In this document: in pieces, positions 59,701 to 64,000 of the stretch | Numbering within the stretch: the stretch's first letter is position 1 | Layout of the letters: every line of letters begins with the position of its first letter | DNA from: Raja brachyura | Lineage: Eukaryota | Direction: 5' to 3' | Assembly (NCBI GenBank): GCA_963514005.1 | Contig: OY740821.1 | Coordinates: 12,462,001 to 12,526,000 of the forward strand | Length of the DNA: 64,000 bases | Translations under genes and position numbers: made by a program | Notes under the pieces: model-generated | Seen by the model: the letters and a program-made list of their open reading frames with translations, nothing else | What the model was told of the DNA's origin: nothing | Database searches by the model: none

Positions 59701-62340
59701 AGTGGACAACAGCCCCAGATACAAGGACAACAGTCCCCATCCATGGGCACCGGCAGACAACAGCCTTTGGACAATGACAGACAGCAGACCACATCACAGG
59801 GCAGCAGTGGACAACAGGGTCAGGGCTCTGATGGACAACAGCACCTGTCCCAGGGCACTGTGGGCCAATGGCCGCAGGTCACTGACGTACAACAGCCCCA
59901 GACTCCGGGCACTGACGGGCAACACCCCCAGTCCCAGGGTGCCATGATGCAACATCCCCAGTTCCAGGGCACCGGGGGTCAGCATCCCCAGAGCCCCACA
60001 GTACAACATTCCCAGTCCCTGGGAGCCATGGTACCACAGTCCCTGGGCATGGGTGGACAACATCCCCAGTCCCTGGGCGCCATGGTACAACATCCCCAGT
60101 CCCTGGGCACTGGTGGGCAACATTCCCAGTCCCTGGGCACCGGTGGGCAACATCCCCAGACCCAGGGTGCCATGGTGCAACATCCACAGAGCCAGGGAGC
60201 CATGGTACAACATACCCAGTCTCTGGGTGCCATGGTACAACACTCCCAGGCACACAGCGCCATGGTACAACATCTCCAGACCCACGGCTCCATGGTACCA
60301 CATCCCCAGACCCTGGGCGCCACAGGACAACAGCCTCATCAGGGCCCTTTAGGGCACGGAGTAGTACAGCAGCAGTCATCCCAGGGAGCTGTGGGAATGG
60401 GCCAGCAGCCTCAGGGGCTCGGTCTGGCAGGAGTTGGACAACAGCAAACGCTATCTCCTGGTATAATTGGAGTGGCACAACAGCAGCTCCAAATTCAGAG
60501 TACAATGGGGGTAGCACAACAGCAACCCCACGGCACAATTGGGATGGGACAATCTCAATCTCAAGCCCCAATGGGGCAGGCAAAGCAACAGCAGCAGCCC
60601 CAATGTTTGATTGGGATAAGGCATGGGCAACAGCAGCAACTACTCCATGGCCTGATGGGACAATGGCAATTGCAGACACAAGGTGTAGCCAGACAAGGAC
60701 AACTACAGAACCTGTCTGGTCAAGAACAGCTATCCCAGACTATGGTGAACCAAGAGCAAGGACAGCAGCAACTGCGCTCACAGAGCATATTTGGGCAAAG
60801 TCAAGGACAGCTGCAACTGCAGAGCTTTATGGCACAGAGGCAGTCTCCAGGTACAATGGGGCAAGGACAGCGGTTTCAGAGTTTAGGTACAATTGGTGGA
60901 GAGCAGCAAGAGCAACAACAAGAGCAGCCGCCTCCAGGTACACTGAGTCAGGGACTGCAACGAGCCCAAATTGCAATGGAGCAAGATTCATTGCTGCCTC
61001 CCCAGTGTGTAATGGGACAGGACCGTAACCAGCCACAGATTCAGAACATGCCTAAGAGCGCAGTAGGGCTGGGACAGTCTCCGGGTATGATGTATCAGAA
61101 TCTGCAAACACGATCAGTGATATCAGTGCAACAAGCAATGCAACAAGGTGTCGCAGGGCAGCAGAGATCAATTGCTCATCAAAATCAATTAATGAGACGT
61201 GTACACCCATCTGTTACAAATCTCCAACAGAATAATGGTCTCGGTTTGCAAGGAGTCGTGCGTGTGGCGACATCTCAGCAGCATGGGACAGTGGGAGATC
61301 CAAGGCAGGGAATGCAAAGCATCATGACTTCACAGTCATTTCAACAGCAGCATCAAGGCCTACGTCCAGTTCAAGTGACCAGTCAACAGATGGGTTTGGG
61401 TCCTCTTCGTCCAGGCATGGTTTATGTGCAGCAAATTAAAGCTGAACATGGAGGGAAACCTCAAGAGATGGCCCATCTAATTCAAAACAAACAAGCAAGG
61501 CAGAACACAGGGTCAACAAATGAATTGGTAACTGCCCAAGCTCATTGCAATCGTTCTCAAAGCCTCCATCCTGAGGTAAACAAAAACAATTCGGGAGATG
61601 TGTCTCTACAAAATGAAACTTTGGAAACAATAGTACAGTCACAATCAGAAGTACTCAAAAGCCACGAATCTGAAGAAAGTACTCATTGTATGGCAAACCC
61701 TATTGGGATAATACATCAGAAGATATTGGATTCTAAATCTGATGCATCGGCAATGAAGCCACACGGCACTGGCGAAAAGGCAAATTCTGTCACTGAGTCA
61801 CAAACTAGAATTAATATGGAGGCGCATGAGCAAAGCGAGTTGACTAAAGCTTGCACATTCGACTTCCCAGTATCCCCCCAAAATCAAGTCACAAAGGAGG
61901 AATACCCTGGACTGCGAGCAGAATCATCGCTGTTGAATCAAACGAATGGGCAAGAGGAATGTGTACACAAAGTCGTGGGAAGACAGGATAGCTGTTCCAA
62001 CTTACAGGATGGTACTGTTAAAGGTCCCAACACCACAAGTGCAGGTCACTTAGTGAAACAGGAAAACATTGAGGCAATTCGCTGTGGGTATTCTGAGGGA
62101 ACCTTAAAACATGAGTTAAATACTGACTCCTTCAATGCCTTGAATGTAGGGGACCAGTCCTTCCTTGCCCCCAGATCTGAAGCTGGACAACTGCTTCTGC
62201 AGAAACTGTTGCGCACTAAGAACTTGCAGCTTGTGGCACAGCGCTCCGGTGATGGAACACACTTAGCTATAAAAGGACACATTGAAAGCAAAGCCGTGAT
62301 GATAGATCGGAAACTTCAAGGTGCAGCTGGAAATCCAGAG
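56779..62340 (+). CDS. KMT2D: KMT2D giant exon (ex39 equivalent), 5,562 nt / 1,854 codons, Q-rich prion-like region with internal repeat array
   Basis: tttcag|GTC CGC AAA (VRKQQKEHTNLM)...LLQKLLRTKN...GAG|gttagt; lies within ORF 56770..62370. Confidence 0.95.
58480..60330 (+). repeat. Coding minisatellite, mostly 30-bp (10-codon) units: QGTVGQQAQT, QGTDGQQPPS, LGAMVQHPQS
   Basis: Recurring CAGGGCAC..GGACAACAG..CCCAG at ~30-bp spacing, with some 24-bp units. Confidence 0.92.
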
Positions 62341-62384
62341 GTTAGTTTACAATTGTGCCAGCAAAGTTGAAAATCGAGAAAAGT

Positions 62385-62575
62385 ACAGGCACTGGAAATC
62401 TAAAATAAAAAAGTAAATGCAGGGAATATTCAGCAAGTCAGGCTGCATCTATAGGGAGAGAAACGTAGAGTTAATGTTTTGGGTCACGACCTATTGCCAG
62501 AATTCAGGAGAGTGTACTTTGCGTTTCTTCTCCCACGGATGGGGCCTGACCTGTTGAGTATTTTCAGCGATTCCT
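62385..62575. mobile_element. Old degenerate Penelope-type hairpin element (similar relics near 13790-13910, 17785-17870, 29690-29800, 50900-51060, 55230-55380)
   Basis: AATATTCAGCAAGTCAGGCTGCATCTATAGGGAGAGAAAC ... TTCTCCCACGGAT..CCTGACCTGTTGAGTATT. Confidence 0.6.
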
Positions 62576-62589
62576 TTTTTTAATCCTGT

Positions 62590-62712
62590 ATGTCAACAAG
62601 GGATTTGGGCCAAACCCCAGCAGATGGGATAAGCTTAGATTGGCGCCTTTTTCGACATGGACGAGTTGGGCTGAAAGGCTTGTTTCCGTACAGCATAACC
62701 CTGACTATCTTA
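62590..62712 (+). mobile_element. CR1 3' end fragment
   Basis: GGGATTTGGGCCAAAC..AGATGGGA..GACATGGACGAGTTGGGCTGAAAGGCTTGTTTCC. Confidence 0.7.
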
Positions 62713-63109
62713 AAAAGCTTCAATAACAATATAATGTGATTGAGCAAAAATAAATATAGTCCCATAGAAACAACAACTGCCGAAATTAATGTGGGGGATT
62801 TTAAAAAATCCCAAATATTTGTTTCTTGTTTTGGCTTGTCGTCTTGGCAGAAGGCATGTTTCTACAATACTAGTGGTAAAAATGGAACAGGCAAAGGCTC
62901 CAATCTTCTTCTTTTCGTGTCCATCTTGTTACAAATGTTGACCTCGCTGTCATCGTCTGTCCTGAAAAGGACGCAAGCTTCCGGCGACAATCAGTGGAAG
63001 CCATCGCTTGTCGCAATAGATGATGGTGGTAGCAGAATTAGCTCGGGATACTTCCAGTTTCCAGCAAGGCTCCAATGATAGTGGTTAACCTAGAGTAATT
63101 AATATCATG

Positions 63110-64000
63110 AGATATGAACAACCAGAGACATTAAGGGACTGAAATGGACAAATGCCCTGGAACCAACTGCAAACATTCATGGTTCTAAGCTGTAAAAATT
63201 GCAGGCGCATTAGCAGTGATACTTCAAAATTCACCATTTTCTAAAAGATTGGAAGGCGGCAAATTTGACATCGCCATTTAAGAAAGCAGGGAGAGAGGAA
63301 AAAAAAGAAACTATAGGCTAATCTGCCATAATGTGCAAAATGGACAGCCCTTAATGCGTAGAAAATCATAATATTATTAAGAGTCAATGCAAATTTAAGG
63401 GGAAATAATCAGAGGGGAAAAAACCCTGACAAATGTGGGGAAATGTGAAATTGTGCCACGTAATCCAGACACTTAAAAGATGGATTAATATCTAAATGGA
63501 GAGAGACTACAAAGAGTGAAGTTCTGAAATCTTGGTGTTCTGGACTATGAATCTCAAAAGGTTAGCAGGTAGGTTCAACATGTGACAAAGCAAACAAGCA
63601 TGTTGGCCTTCATGACAAAGGGCTTGAAGGTCATTTTCAGGTTGACAGGATGGTTATCCTGCATCAAATGCCTCACTTCATACTCCTAAGCCTTTCCACC
63701 ACCTGCAGGGCACAAGTCAGTCATGTCATGTCTACCAGCCTAGGAGATTCAGAAAGCTTGATCGATCCACTTGCATTTCCCAGACTCAACCTCTACTGCT
63801 CAAAAAGAACAAGGGTAGTAATTTAATGGGATAGCCACCCCCTACACATTCTCCACCCCACAGAGATTCTGACTTTGTCGTCACAGGATCTAAGTCCTGG
63901 AACTCCTTTCCTAGCAGCACTGGGAGGATCTTCACCAAGAAAGACGGCTGGAGTTCCATGAGGTGCTTCACCATCCCTTTGTCAAGCAGATGCTGCCCAA
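63110..64000 (+). mobile_element. Mosaic of highly degenerate LINE fragments (CR1-like ORF2 followed by a second LINE 3' region)
   Basis: GATTGGAAGGCGGCAAATTTGACATCGCCATTTAAGAAAG (DWK.AN.T..FKK) and later AAAGCAAACAAGCATGTTGGCCTTCAT. Confidence 0.55.

Larger units (their letters stand above)
125..62340 (+). other. KMT2D: KMT2D gene body, internal part (26 coding exons, 13,029 nt spliced, 4,343 codons; both gene ends outside the window)
   Basis: All exons have AG/GT boundaries with mutually consistent phases. Diagnostic KMT2D-type peptides as recalled from human: YHPYCVNSK, EGEGDGLSYNQRS, MESKDVQQLF, RQQVSLLAQRL, LLQKLLR. Confidence 0.96.

Noticed and set aside
7550-60330. Common origin of the 30-bp intronic minisatellite and the 30-bp coding repeat
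   Set aside because: They share only the period; the unit sequences are unrelated on either strand.
58162-61036. Long antisense and alternate-frame ORFs (up to 266 aa) over the giant exon
   Set aside because: Expected shadows of a GC-rich, CAG/CAA-rich periodic coding sequence; no independent gene signals.
125-62340. Identification as the paralogue KMT2C (MLL3)
   Set aside because: Diagnostic peptides (CVNSK, EGEGDGLSYNQRS, MESKD.QQLF, QQVSLLAQRL) and exon sizes fit KMT2D as recalled.
270-63974. Remaining short (60-120 aa) intronic ORFs as independent or nested genes
   Set aside because: Many start at TTG/GTG, have no recognisable homology, and are random or transposon-derived open frames.

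Overview
Vertebrate genomic DNA, most likely a cartilaginous fish (skate/ray/shark, inferred from HE1-type V-SINEs, Deu-domain SINEs and CR1/Penelope families). The whole window lies inside one + strand gene, KMT2D (MLL2/MLL4, an H3K4 methyltransferase). I reconstructed 26 consecutive GT-AG exons (125..62340) that splice into one uninterrupted frame of 13,029 nt (4,343 codons). By recalled human numbering they correspond one-to-one to exons 14-39: PHD4-6, HMG box, LxxLL motifs, coiled coil and Q-rich disordered region. The start codon and the SET domain lie outside the window. Introns hold a degenerate IR/DR Tc1 transposon with a nested CR1, two Harbinger-type MITEs, CR1/Rex1/RTE LINE fragments, V-SINEs, Deu-SINEs, a Penelope 3' fragment with many Penelope-derived hairpins, a 30-bp minisatellite, a ~335-bp tandem duplication and a 146-N gap. 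The most notable observations are a 5.56-kb exon-39 equivalent carrying a graded 10-codon Q/G/T/P repeat array, a candidate extra 48-nt cassette exon bracketed by inverted Tc1 ends, overlapping GTAAGT donors 4 nt apart, and hammerhead-like cores in the Penelope termini. No prokaryotic system or CRISPR array is present. All homology calls are from memory, not database searches.
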